Origin: Salpingoeca rosetta
Lineage: Eukaryota > Protista > Choanoflagellata
DNA length: 64,000 bases
Assembly (NCBI GenBank): GCA_033442325.1
Contig: JAWQFM010000002.1
Coordinates: 2,039,044-2,103,043, forward strand
Reading direction: 5' to 3'
The position numbers and the translations under genes are program-made. The notes beneath the pieces were generated by a model, which saw only the letters and a list, made by a program, of their open reading frames with translations, was not told where the DNA came from and searched no databases. Position 1 is the first letter of the stretch, and every line of letters starts with the position of its first letter. Of the stretch, positions 27,060 through 49,000 are shown one piece after another.

Positions 27060-28877
27060 CTGCCTGTGCTGCCGGTAGAGTTTCCAGCAGAGGATGACGG
27101 CTACGAGGTCACGTTCACGCCGGTATCTGGGCGACGGTTTGATACTGCGTTTGATCCTGCGGCAGCGCTTGCACCGGCCTCGAGCGTTGACGATTGCGTG
27201 ATTGTGTGCAATGAGGAGCCAACGTGTGAGGGCCTCTTCATCTACCTGCTCTCCAATGCGTGGGTGTGCATCCCGCTCAACGACACCGGTTCCGTCAACG
27301 GCACCATCTCGCTCTTCCCCAGCTACAGCCTCGTCTACTCGGGCTCCGTTTCACCGACCGTGGCGGGTTCGCAACAAATCGCCAGCATCGGTGATTGGCA
27401 ACTGGCAGTTGTCTTGCTGGCCGTGATGCTGTGCATCATCATCGCCCTCGCTGGCTACGTTCGGCGGGCCACTCGACCCGTCACGTTTGAGGTGGTAGTG
27501 GAGCGCAAGCAGCCCTACCGCATCGACGCGACAGATCACCCCTGGACTGGCCGCGGCAGTGATCAGGGCTACTCCATTCGCAAGGTTGGCAGCAAGGAGG
27601 ACTTCGTCCCCGGCCGAGACATTGAGCTGGTTCGCGGGCGCACGTACCACTTCAGGATGTGCAACGTCCCCAAGGACTACCCGTTCTACATCACCTACTC
27701 TGACGTCGGTGGCGGCAACGGCATCATGGAGTACCTGCGCGGTGTGAGCAACACGCCAGCGGCTGAGAACGACACCGTCGTCTTCAAGCCACCCATGGAC
27801 AGCCCCGCCATCTTGTACTACCAGTGCACCAAGCACAAGTGCATGGGCTACAAGATCTTCCTCCGCGATCCGGAAACGCGCTCGCACGGTGGTGGCACCT
27901 ATGTGCTCGGTGAAGGCCGCGAGTCTATTGTTACCATCACGGACACGTCCGGTGTGTTTGCTCCCAACGACACCGGGGATGATGACTTCCAGTCCGACCT
28001 GACAGAAGGCGAAAGCCCCACACACCAAACGTTTGCGCGTTCAGTGGTCAACTTCGTCTACGACAGCGAGGGGCTCGACCGACCCGAAGAGGGCGCTGAC
28101 AGCAGTGAGGCTGGTGGGAGCGGTGGTGTTCCCGCAGCACGCAGGCGCGACGTGACCAAGTTTGGCAGCGGCGACGACGACCACAGGGGCGCAGCGCTCC
28201 GCCGCAGCACGTCCACGGCCAGAAATTCCCAGCACAGGCGTGGGTTCATCGGCAATGAGGATGACGCAGACATGCGTGCTCTGCAAGAGAAGCTGGAATC
28301 AGCAGCATCTCGGGGTTTGACCGTCGGCGATGACGCGGGTGACGGCGGCGAAGGTGAGGGCGATCTGGCAGAGCCAGAGTATCAGCCGCCCCCGCCTTAC
28401 GCGGCTGCCAGGGCGTCGTTGCTCACCCTCAAGCCACCGGGGCTGGATGCCCTGCTGGGCAACGATTCTCGCGCGGCTCCGGGCTACGCACCGCCACCGC
28501 AGTACCCGCTGGCCGCCCAGTACAAGGGGTCTCGAGTTCGGGAGCAAGTGATGACGGCAGTGTATCGGCCACCGCCTCCGTATCTTGTCGCATACGACAT
28601 TGAGCGGCAGCAGGCGAGGCAGCAGACGGCAAAGGAGGTGGAACTGGCCCCGACAGACACGTTCCTCATCGACACGAGTGCCGATTCCCTGCAACACACG
28701 GCGCTCCAGTTCAAAGGGCAGCGGAGTCTCATCGATCCCATGGAGGTGCACGAGGACGACGTTGCGGTTGCCGTTACCATGGACGACGTTGCGGTTGGGC
28801 GTGGGCAGGCGGTGATTCGCGTGCTCAGGCAGAAGAGTGATGAACTGCTCGAGTTCACCGAGGACTCATCTGCATAA
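24214..28877 (+). CDS. Single-pass cell-surface mucin-like protein: signal peptide, malectin, EGF, ~550-aa Thr-rich stalk, PAN/apple-like domain, TM, cytoplasmic cupredoxin-like domain and PPxY motifs (exons 24214-24298, 24688-28877)
   Basis: Exon 1 MTRLAWSAAATLALLLVAVLAPVSTAAD splices in phase 1 to VSTRARR. Malectin ARINCGG...DGREWLAD; EGF PCRNNDFCENGGEC...CKCPTGTSGERCE; PAN-like CVIVCNEEPTCEG; TM WQLAVVLLAVMLCIIIALAGYV. Confidence 0.85.
25401..27060 (+). repeat. Coding ACN trinucleotide tract (poly-Thr mucin stalk)
   Basis: Blocks of ACA/ACT/ACC/ACG codons in frame within the 24214-28877 gene. Confidence 0.95.
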
Positions 28878-28954
28878 TTGAATGCCATGGTTGACATGGG
28901 TGAGTCAAGATGACGCTGCAAGCAAGTCATGAATGGAATGGCATGTACGTTGTG

Positions 28955-29030
<76 letters not shown>

Positions 29031-29643
29031 GCCATGTGTACTGGAGGGGCGTTGCCATGCTGCAGTCTTAATGCACATTTCACACATCACATCACCCTTA
29101 CATGCGCCATGTATTTTGCTGTGTCTGTTGTTCACTATCAGTTGCAGACACGTTTTCTTCGCATGATTCCCCGGGAGCTTGAGGCATCCGCTGCACGGCG
29201 TGCTGTCTCATCCCATGTAGATGAATCCTTGTGATTGTATGTGGCACACTTTGACGTGTTTGGTTGTGGTGCTTTGTCGCGTCGTCTCCTGTGTTGAACG
29301 TGTGATCAGAGGGAAAGAGGGAGTGTGTGCGTGTGTCTGTGCATGTGTGCGTGTGTGTGTCTGAACATGTGTGTGCGCGTGTGTGCATGCATACGTGTCC
29401 ACTGACGGGATGTGCTCACACGTGTGGACGAGAGTTGCGTCATGTCTTTGTGTTTAGTCGAAACAGCACACTACAACAATACATTGATTAATTACACAAA
29501 CCAGGTTCGGCTTCAAGTTAAGCTGGCGTGTAACACAAACATGGAAGACACACGAGGGTCGGCTAGCAATAATCACAGAGAATTAACGAGCATCACTGAT
29601 CAATCCAACAACACACTCATGCATCACCACCACCACCACCACC

Positions 29644-29675
<32 letters not shown>

Positions 29676-29695
29676 CATCATCGTCATCAGCATCG

Positions 29696-32600
29696 TCATC
29701 GTGGGTTGGGAGGAAGGCGAAGCGCCATTGTTCTGAGTTCAGCCACAAACCACGCAGGTGGGTCAGATTGAAGCGCCAGCTGCAACGAGTCCAGAATAGC
29801 TTTCGGGGTCTCGTGAGAGCCGCCTTGTCGACATGCACTACGACGGTGTAGGCGCTGCTGTTTTGAGGCAATCCAGGAGAGGGCCGTCTCTGTGTCTGCC
29901 GGCAACAGCCGAGTGGTGCTGACGAGCGGCTGCTGCTTCAGAATCGCCGTGAACTTGGCGAACGCGGGCGACGATTCCCCACCCAATATTGTCGGCAGCA
30001 CCTGCGGATTTGGCGTGGCCTTCGCGAATGCCCGCAGGTGCACAAACAAAGAAAACTCCACAAGCGACTCCGGGGTTGCGGCTGAAGCAAGGTTGCCCAC
30101 AAACGTGGTCAACTGAGAGCACCAACAAAAAAAAAAAAAAATTCAGGCATGACAACGGTGGAGGTCAGCGGCAATGGAGTGAGTGATGAGCTACACCATC
30201 GCTAAACAATTGATTGTATACGTGTGTGCGTGAGTGTTTGAAGTGTGTGTGTGTGTGTGTGTTTTTGTGTGTGCGTGATGTGTTTGAAATGTGTTTGTGT
30301 GTGTGCGAATATGCGCGTACACATGTACGCTGCTGTCTCACCTGAGCAACTGCGTTGTCATCGAGGGTGATATGCCCAAAAGCAACCAAGAGGGAGTGGC
30401 ACGCTGCCATGAGCATGCCACTGCCCGCAAGCGTGGCACTCGCTTGAATGACGTGCTCAAACAAGGACGTCACAAACGGGCTATTCTGAAATGTGGGCGA
30501 GCTAACCATGGCAGAGAGGAGCTGCGCCACCGCAACCTGCACCAACAGCGTTGCGGGTCAAAAACAACACAATGTAGTGAGCTGGTGTGTGAAGCAGTGC
30601 GCGTACGCGTGTGTATGTGTGCGTGCGTGTATGTGTGTGTATGTGCGTGCTTGTGTATGTGCGTGCTTGTGCATGCGTGTGCTTGTGTACAACAATAATG
30701 TACAGGTGTGTATGGGTGTGATGTGAGTTATGATCGACAAGGGCTTAGGGTTCACACCTGGAGGCTCAGGTTGGCCGGGTGGGCCTTTGCAGCCTGGTCC
30801 AGGGCCATGATATGCGCTTCAATCAGCCCGCTGGCCGCCAGCCACGGCACAAAGTTGGCGATGACGAGCGCGCAGTCTGCCAACGCCACGACATCGTCTG
30901 CGGGTGGAACAGGGGACGGAAGGGCCGACGCGAGGATGGCATCTGCTTTGCACGACGCAGCAAAGGGGGCAAAGGACACAAGGCGCCAGGCACTCGAGCG
31001 AACGCTGCTCGCCTCAAAGCGGCTGCACAGGGCCAAAGCGTCCCCGCCAATGGAGCTGACATAGCGATAGATGAGGCGGTTGGTGAAGGGAACCAGGGCA
31101 AAGTGTGCGCCTTTCTTGCCCTTTCCTGGTTTGCTCAAAGCCTGGTCCTCCAACTCGCGCTGTCGCTGTTCATCTGCCATGTGAACCAGCAACTGGATGT
31201 GGTTCTCCATCACATGCAGGGAGAACGCCGGGCAAAGGGACAGCCACATGTCGTGCACCAGCAGTCGCGTGAAGAATCGTGCATCCGTCTACAGTGTACG
31301 CCAGTGCGCGGACGCGCGTGTGTATGTGTGAGTGAATGCGCGTGTATGCATACATGTGTGTGTGCGTGTACGCGCGCGTGTGTGTGCGTGTGTGCGTGTA
31401 TTTGTTGTGAAATAGTGGTTGTATTGCGCTTGTCATAGAAAGCAAACACAAGCCTTTTTGCAAGGACACACCGCAACACAAAACATGTGTGCCCAGCCAC
31501 ACAAACCACAAACACTCAACATCTCCGCCACACCAGTATACGCAACGCTTGCCCCCCCCCCTCTTGTCCACCTCTCCACCTGAGCCTCAGGCAACACATG
31601 GACTCACCAAGTGGCCAAACATGGCGCGTTCGATGGCAGCAAAGTGCCTCACACTGCAGCCGAGCACGGCAGAGACCAGGGCATTGCTCACGAGGGAGTA
31701 CAGAGGCGTGAGCGTGGGCTCCTGCCCGGCCTTGTAGATGAGTCGTTGCATTGCCGCGTAACAGTTGCCAGCACAGGACAGGATGGTGGTGATGACCGTT
31801 GAGACGAGCGCCTCGTCGTCAAGCAGCCACGATTGCTCCGTCTTTACTGCGCGATGAAATGCTGTGCACAGACACACGAGCGCAGCGGACGCGTTGCCAT
31901 CCGACCTCCCGTCAACTCCTGGTCGCCATCACACACACACACACACATGTGACACACACACACACACACATGACACATACACAGTCATATGACATGCATG
32001 GCACACGTGGCACACAGAACGGTGGATGAGGCTGCACGTCATTGTTGGGCAGATGTGTAAAGGTCAAAAAGCGGCTGTGGTGCGGCATACATGTTAACCA
32101 CTCGCGTTGGTGGTCATCCCGATGTGCAGGGCTCATGTACTTTCCATCGAATCGACTCACCGGATTGTGCCATGAGGCGAAGCAGAAACGCCTTGGAGTG
32201 ACTCAGTGTTCGCGAGAGGAAAGAGCACTGATGAACAATGGTCGCGCGTGAAACGAGCACACATGCACACACAAAGTGAGGTTGCGCAGCTGAAACAAGA
32301 TGACATGGGCAGCTTTCTCGGTCTCTGAGAGGGCAAGGGCGGCAGGTTGTTGTGGAACGGTGCTGCACCACCAGTGCGAGCAAACTTCACAACTGTGCAA
32401 GCAACGGCGATGCAATTTGCGTACCGGCAGCAGCACAACGTTGACGAGTGCTTTGACATCGTCTTCTTGGCGGTTCAGCTCCCGATTTGGCGGGAAACGT
32501 CTGAGATGGTGGTGGTGGTCGTCGTGGTGGTCGTTGACATGAGCGAGCTTACTTGCGTGTCGTCGCTCACAAGTCTGCCAGAGACACACAGACACAGACA

Positions 32601-32921
32601 CACACACGCACATGATGATACATCACAGGCAGCCCTTAAACCACACGCCACAGACGGCACACGGCGCACAAGCGCGGGCTGAGAGGAAGCATACCCCAGA
32701 ACAGTGACGATGGTCTCGGTTATGGCGGGTATGCTGTCCTCCAAGCACCCTGGACACGCGCGCGATCCAAACACCAGCTTGCGCGTGTAGAACCGCAGTG
32801 CCTGCAGAAAAGGGTGTGAGAGGGTGCGTGAGCGACCGAGGAAGAAGAAAGCGAACGAAGGGGGGGGGGAAGGAAGCGGAGAGAGAGTGTGTGTGTGTGT
32901 ATGTGTGTGTCTGTCTGTGTA

Positions 32922-32988
<67 letters not shown>

Positions 32989-33234
32989 ATGCTCTCGCCA
33001 GTAGCCATGCCAAACGTGAAGGGGTGACGCACCATGACGTGCGAGGCAAAGTCTGGCGGTGTGGCGGCGACGGCGGCATCAAAGTGCTGCTGCCACCCCT
33101 GGAGCAGCGCAGTCACTAGCGGCGCAAGCTGTGCATGTGCATGGGTGTCATGGTGTGTCAAAAAGTGCAAGAGAGTGGGAGCGCATTCCGATGTGTGAGT
33201 TGAGTGTACTGACCCAAGTGCAAGAGAGCAAACA

Positions 33235-33328
<94 letters not shown>

Positions 33329-34304
33329 GCGCGCACCGGATGGTTGAGCAGACTAAGGCAACCGAGTAAGTGTGCCAGCCTGTCTGGGAGCGGGATCGTG
33401 GCATCTATCTGCACAGCTTGTTGCCGCTCAAGCAGTGATTGCCACGCAGCTGCAGTACAACGTGATGCAACATGGGATAACTGTTGGGCATTGACGTCAA
33501 AGCATCAAGTGCAAAAGGATAAAACAAGTGTGTGTGTGTGTGTGTGTGAGCGAGTGAGAAACAGCAGCACTGCAACAATTGCAGCAAGCACAACACGTGC
33601 AGCAAGCACAACATGTGCAACACGTGCAACAAGGTGCTGAGTTCATGGTCTACAACACGGGGAGATGCAGCGTCAAGCAGCGGAATCGAGGCAGGCAAAG
33701 TGCATGCATCTCGATACCTTGGCTGTGAGGGCGCGAAACGCCTTTTCTGTGCGATGGTGGGCAAGAAGGGCTTTGCACAGGTCTGAAGCACAACAAACAC
33801 ATAGCACAGTGTGAGTAGAACTGAAGTGGTTTGAGGTTGCAGACAGTGCCAGCGGGGATAGTGTACGTGGAAGAGACAGCACCAGCAGCTTGCAATGTCG
33901 AACACTTGAAGACCAAGGTAAGACATGCGGGGCAAGGCCGTTGGGAAATAAAGAGAGACAGGTGCGCACATATGCGCCAGAAAGCACGCATGAATGCAGA
34001 AAGGGGTCGGCACTTGCTCTTGGCAGGCACATGTGTGATGTGATGTGGCGTAGCTGCTTGAGATTGATAATCGCACCAAATGTGGAGGAGGATGCATCAG
34101 GCGAAGCGACGAGCACGTTCAAGAGTTGTTCTTTGTGTGCATCATCTTGGGCAGCAAACGCTTGTGCAGAGAAGCACTGTGCACAGCGACCTTGTAACGT
34201 GGGTCAGTTGCATTGGATTTGGATTGAGTTGGATTGGATTGTATGGGATTGGGATCAGCACTGCCAAGCGAGATCAGCACTGCCAAGCGAGAGCATGAAG
34301 CGTG

Positions 34305-34335
<31 letters not shown>

Positions 34336-34462
34336 GTCTCGCTTGCTCGCACACACATACACGCAGTCTCTCTTTCCCACCCTCGCACAAGCGACTGGCG
34401 TGTCCACACGTACCAACATCCTTCTGCCCAATTGCATCAGCGAGAGCTGACTCTGTCCCCAT
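29696..34462 (-). CDS. FIRRM: FIRRM/C1orf112 (FLIP, FIGNL1 partner) homolog, multi-exon; start approximate
   Basis: Exon peptides LRFYTRKLVFGSRACPGCL, LYSLVSNALVSAVLGCSVRHFAAIERAM, LLVHDMWLSLC...HVMENHIQLL, HLRAFAKATPNPQVLP and DPPAWFVAEL line up in order with remembered FIRRM segments (RFFANSL, LYQHVCVHL, AMDAWCFL, EAFTQFAEGT, PAWLSME). Confidence 0.65.
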
Positions 34463-34746
34463 CTCCGCTGACACGTGAGAGAGAGAGAGAGAGAGAGTGT
34501 GTGTGTGTGTGTGTGCGTGTGTGTGTGTGTGTGTGTGCCGGCTGCTTGCTTTTGGTTGTTCGTCGTCGCTTCCTCGTTCTCCCGCCAAACGCAGTTGTGA
34601 AGATTGGTGTCGATGTCAACAAATTTCTACAGGCGGACAGTGTCTGCGACGACTGCGCCCACCGCTGCTCTTGTGTCACACCCTTGTCACACTATCACAC
34701 CTCCCCACCCCTCCATCCATTCAACCCCCCGCCCCCTCCCCGGAGT

Positions 34747-43417
<8,671 letters not shown>

Positions 43418-43444
43418 CACACCTCTTGATTGCTGTGTGTGTGT

Positions 43445-43521
<77 letters not shown>

Positions 43522-43869
43522 TGCGCGTGTGTCTGCGTGTCCGTGACGCTGCCTGCATAATCCGTCTGCGCCGTGGGTGCCCCAGTTGCTGCCGTTGCCG
43601 CTGCGCCCTCGCTCTGCTTTGATGGTCGCAGCCTTTGTTCCAGCGCACGAAACAGAGCAACATTTATGCTGGCCCCTCTTCTTCCAACAGTCCTTCCTTA
43701 ATTTGCACCCCTCCCTCTCCCCTGAACACACCCTTGTCACTGCTGGTGCCTGAGGGGGTGCTTTTCATTTACACAGTGCATGTACGCGCAAGAAGCAATA
43801 CAAAGTCTGAACATGACGTGAGAGCTCAAGGCCGCACGACCCAGAGCAAACACCATGTCATGTGTCACA

Positions 43870-44996
43870 TCACGCCTGTTTGGCTTGTTTGGCTGGTGGC
43901 TCCCCTGTGCTCTTGTCCGTGGTCGATTCACCCTCTGCACCCCCTCCTTTCTTGTCCTTCTTGTCTTCCTTCTCTTTCGTCTGCTCGTCTTGTTTGCCCT
44001 TCTCTTCCTTGCCCCGCTCCTCCTTGTCTGCTGCTGTGGCGCTCTGTTGGTTGTCTTCACCACCATCATTGCCATTTGTCTCTTCACTTCCTTCCTCCTG
44101 ATCCTCTTCCTCCTTCCTCCTCTTCTCAGCGGCTGCTTCTGCTGCTTGTTCTTTGCCTGTCTCTCCTTTCTGTCCTTGTTGTTCTGCTTGTTGCTGCTGC
44201 TGCTGTGTTGAGTATGGCCCTGGCGCGTCACCGCTGTTGCCGCCAACACCGTGCAAATCCACAAAGCATTTGCGTCAGCAGAGAGTGGAGACCCTCACGT
44301 GCACAGTGGCCGTTGTATCGCAAACAACGACCGATAATGCGACACACACACACACATGTACACACATGTACACACAAGTACACACACACACACAAACACA
44401 AACACAAACACACACACACACACAAGTACACATACGCAACGCCAGGCCTTACCGCAGCTGTTGCAGCTTCATCTCAAACAAGGCAATCCTTCGCGAGGCA
44501 CTGTCGTACGTGTGAATGTGTGTGTGTATTTGTGTGTATGTGTGTGTATGTGTGTGGCAGACAAGGTAAGGAGTGAGAGACAGCTGGGGAGCAAAGAGGC
44601 GCAGCAGCAGCAGCAGCAGCAGGACAAGCGATGATCATGCAAGAGTAAACGCAATGCGGTGGTGGCACGACGCACTCGAGTGGCATGTTCTCTTCTGCTG
44701 CGGCTGATGAGAGCGAGTTTGAGGACGACTGTGACTGGTTATACACGCGCTCGTGCGCGGGACTGACGACGATGGCTCGTCCAAACGCCTTGCGCCCGTG
44801 CAGTTTCGCCACGGCCTCTCTTGCGCTCTGTGTCGTTCCAGTCCAACACGGCACGGAGTGGTGGAAGGTGGTGCGGGCATGCGTACGAGTGTTTAGAACT
44901 AATGTGAGTCGCTTTCAGCAGCAGAGAAGAAGATGGAGCGCGCAAATTAAAAGCATCGCAAACCCTCCTTTTGCATACACACAAACGAGTCCCACG

Positions 44997-45063
<67 letters not shown>

Positions 45064-45891
45064 GCGTGCGCGCATCCACGAACACACACACACACACACA
45101 CAAGCGTGCGCGCATCCACGAACACACACGCGCGCGCACCTATGCAAACACACGCAAACGCACCATAAGCACGCAAACGCACCCAAAGCACCCAACGCGC
45201 CAACACCTTCTCGTTGACTCACCGCTGCGTGCTTGAAGGTGAGGAAGCAGTAGCCACGTGGAAGGCCGCGCTTGGGGCCCACCTTGTTCCACAGGAAGTT
45301 GAGGTTTTCAATCTGGCCATACTTTGAAAACAGCTTGATCAGGTGCTTTCTGTGAAGAGAGAGAGAGAGAGAGAGGTGAGGCAAATGCAGGAGGAGAGGG
45401 ATGAGAACATGGATGAAGTGTGGCGTGTGCAGCCACAAGAAAGGGCCATGCCTGGCACAATGCAAGTTGCTGTTCCAGGCACTGCAAAGGCATTCAACGT
45501 GCGCACAGAACCGCACTGCACTCCACTCACGTATTGACTCACTCAAGCAGTCATTAGCTTACTCACCAGTTCATTCGCACTCACACTCACACACTCTCTC
45601 TATCTCACACACTCACTGACTCACAATCATTCATTCATTCACACACTCTCTCTCACTGACATACACACACACTCTTACATACACACACACTGACACACAT
45701 GCACACACACTCACTCACACATATGCACGGTACGGTACGCACTCTGTGACGCGTGTATCGAGGTTTCCGATGAAGAGACGTGTGTCTGAGACAACCGGCA
45801 TCTCGCCGCCACTACCAAATCCACCGCCCCCACTCTTACCCTGCTGCAACCCACCACCATCACCACCACTGGTGTGCGCTCCACCGCTCAT
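43870..45891 (-). CDS. RBM18: RRM protein RBM18-like, multi-exon, with charged low-complexity C-terminus
   Basis: RLFIGNLDTRVTE|KHLIKLFSKYG...FLWNKVGPKRGLPRGYCFLTF...|AVAKLHGRKAFGRAIVVSPAH, then RRIALFEMKLQQL. Matches the RBM18-type RRM with its GxxxGxPRGY insert. Confidence 0.78.
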
Positions 45892-46072
45892 GTTTCTCGC
45901 TGCTGTCGCTCGCACCACTTTCCTGCTTCTGCTCGCTTGTTGCCGTTTCTCGTTTGACAATTGGTTGGTGTCATCGCCATTTCTCCACAACCAGCATCTC
46001 CCCTCTCTCTCTGCTGCTCTTTGCTCAATCTCTTTTCCCACCACCACCCCACCCACCGACAAGGACCCCTTG

Positions 46073-49000
46073 ATGAGTTGGTCGTCGTCCGTGTGCGGCG
46101 GCGGTGGCGGCGGCGGCGGCGCTGTCACACTGGTGGGGCTACTGGTTGCAGCTGTGGCAGCGAGCATGTGGTTGCCCCTTGAGGTGGGTGCAGACCACGT
46201 TTACCTGTGCCGCATGCCTGGTGGCTCTGGTATTTGCGGCGCAGACGAGCACGGCGCCATCAACTGCTGTGTGCAGGAGGACACGCTGTTTGAGGAGTGC
46301 GCGCCGCTCATCCGCCTGTACGGCTTCACGCCGCAGTCCGTCCCCAGCCACTCCCTTCCCACGTGCGAGTGCACGCCAGCGACAGAAGCATCGGAGGGAG
46401 GAGGTGGCGGTCCCACGCGGCGCCCAATAACAACGTCCCTCACCATCACCACCGCAGAGGGCGACACGGTGACCAACACCACCCATGTCGCGTCTGGACC
46501 GGTCACGAATGACGCCACGTCGAGCCTTGTGCTGGTTCCAGAGCAGCTGGAATTCTTTCGTTGCCACCTGAGTGCGGCAAGCAATCGGACGGTCGCCCTC
46601 ACCTTTCGCGGTGGCGTGGACGCGGGGGTGCGCGACGCCATCTACGAGCTCCTCCCAAGCAACGCCACCATCGACCTCACCTTCTCCTACTTTGTGCACG
46701 CTGACGCGGGTCGCCTGTCCATGCTGTTGCTGCCCTCGCCCGAGAACGGCCTCCAAGTGCACTCGCTCACGGTTGAGCACTCACCAACGCGCGGCATCAT
46801 GAACCTGTTCTGGCAGCGGTGTTTCCGCCTGCGCGTGGTGAACTTGGCCTTGCGCCACTGCCAAATCACCGATCTCTTCCTCTCCGCCAACAATGGCGCC
46901 GAGGACCCGTTTCTCAACTTTGACACCTTCGACGTCAGCTACAACCAGTTCAGCACGCTGCACCGGCAGAGCGCGCGCTACGGCCCCAAGCGCATCATTT
47001 ACGATGGCAACCCGCTCGTCAGCATCACCGACGACTTCCTCTACAACCGCGTCAACGGCCGCCACTTCACGGAGAGCGTGGAGCACCTGTCCATCCGCCA
47101 CGCCACGGGGCCCTTGGACCTGACGGGCCTCCTGTCCATGCCGCTGCCAAACCTCCGCGTGCTCAACGTCTCGCACACGCCGCTCTCGCGCCTCCGCGGG
47201 AAAGACCTCTTCACGGGGATGCCGCGCCTGGAACGCGTCGACATGTCCTCGTGTAATCTTCGTGTGGAGCACCGCAGCGGGCTGGTGTCGCTCGTCTCCT
47301 CCCCGGCCCTCCGCGTCATCCGCCTCAGCGACAACCTCCTCTTCTCTCAACTCGACATTGTCGACTGGCACCTGCGGCAGCTGGACCTGCTGGATGTCAG
47401 CAGCAACACCATCGGCGTGAATGTCACCGGCGACACCTCGCTCGGGGTGCGTGTGCTCAACCTCACCTCCGCTCGCATCGTGCTTGACCTCTCGCCCTCG
47501 CTGTTCCACCACAACATGACGCACCTGCTGCTGTCAGACCTGGTCATTGTTGACCGCTCCCTGGCGCCGATCCCCGGCGTGAACCCGCCCGACATCGACC
47601 CTTTCCTCATCAGGGACAGCCCCAGCGATGGCGCCTACCAATCATCATCAGCATCTTCATCACCACAATCATCAGAGAGCAAGCAGGGCGGCCACAGTGA
47701 CGGGGCTGCCGCTGATGTGACGAGCTGTTCCCGCTTGGTGAACCGTGAGCAGCTGCAGCTGCTGCCAAACCTGCGCGTGGTCACCCTGCGCCGGCTTGGC
47801 GCGTGCCACTTTGGCTCCGCCCCCTTTGCCCCGCTCGCACAGTTGGAGCACCTGGACATGGCGTATGTGCGGCTGCCGCCGGCTCGCCTGCACGACGTGC
47901 TTGCAAGCATCGGCGCCTCCATCCGCCACCTCAACCTGACCAGCACCGCCGTCACCTCTGCCATGCTGGAACAGGTTGCTGCGGCCTGGCCTGACTTGGA
48001 GGTGCTGGACATCAGCAACACGGCTGTCGACTCCCTGCTGCCACTACGCCACACGCCAAAGCTGCGCGTGCTCGACGTGAGCTTCACCCGCATCACCACA
48101 CTCGAGCCCATCACCACGGGCCAGCTGCCGCTGCTGACAACGTTGCGCGCCGCCAACGTGACGCGGCTCACGCACCTGGGCGGGGCGGGGGCGCTGCCGT
48201 CGCTGCCGCACCTGCAACACCTCACCATATCGGGCACCGGGTTGACGCGCATCAGCGACAACGCTTTCGCGGGAGCCTCCAATCTCGTGTCGCTTGAGTT
48301 CTCGTTCAACGACGGCCTGCGCCACGTGTCGCCGTCGCTGCTGGACGCGCTGTCCGCAACGCTGCAGACGCTTGTTCTCAAGTTCAACGCCTTCCCACTG
48401 CCCCGCATTCCCTGCGACCGGCTGCTGGCCCTTGACGTGGCAGGGTGTGTCGGCGCAACGGCGACGCTCCCCGATGTTGGAAGCTGCCGCCAGCTGCGAT
48501 ACTTGGACATATCATCCGCTGGTTTGACGGCATTGCCGGACACGCTCGCGCTGCCGTTCCTGCAGGTGCTGGACATCTCCAACAACGGGATTGGCCCGCT
48601 GCTGCCGGCCGTGGTTCCCCGCATGTTTGCGCTCACGCACCTCTTTGCACAGCACAACGCCATTGAGCTCCTCTCTGCGCAGCAGCTGTGCAACCTGGCG
48701 TATGTGCGACACGTCGACCTCTCGCACAACCGCCTCGCCTACGTGCAGGACGATGTCAGCTGGGACGCGGGCGCAACCGCGGGCGAGGACAACATGTGCA
48801 GCCTGGAGACAGTTGCGCTGCTGCTGCGCGGCAACCCGGCCCTGCGCGACATCCACCCGCTCTTCCGCGTGTTCCCGAAGATTGTGCAGCTGGACGTTGC
48901 TGGCAACGCCGCGCTTCGCCTGACACACGTGCAGGCGAGCGACACGCTGCTGCGCACCCTGCGCGTGCTGGACATCTCTGGGACGCAGTCGGACATGTCG

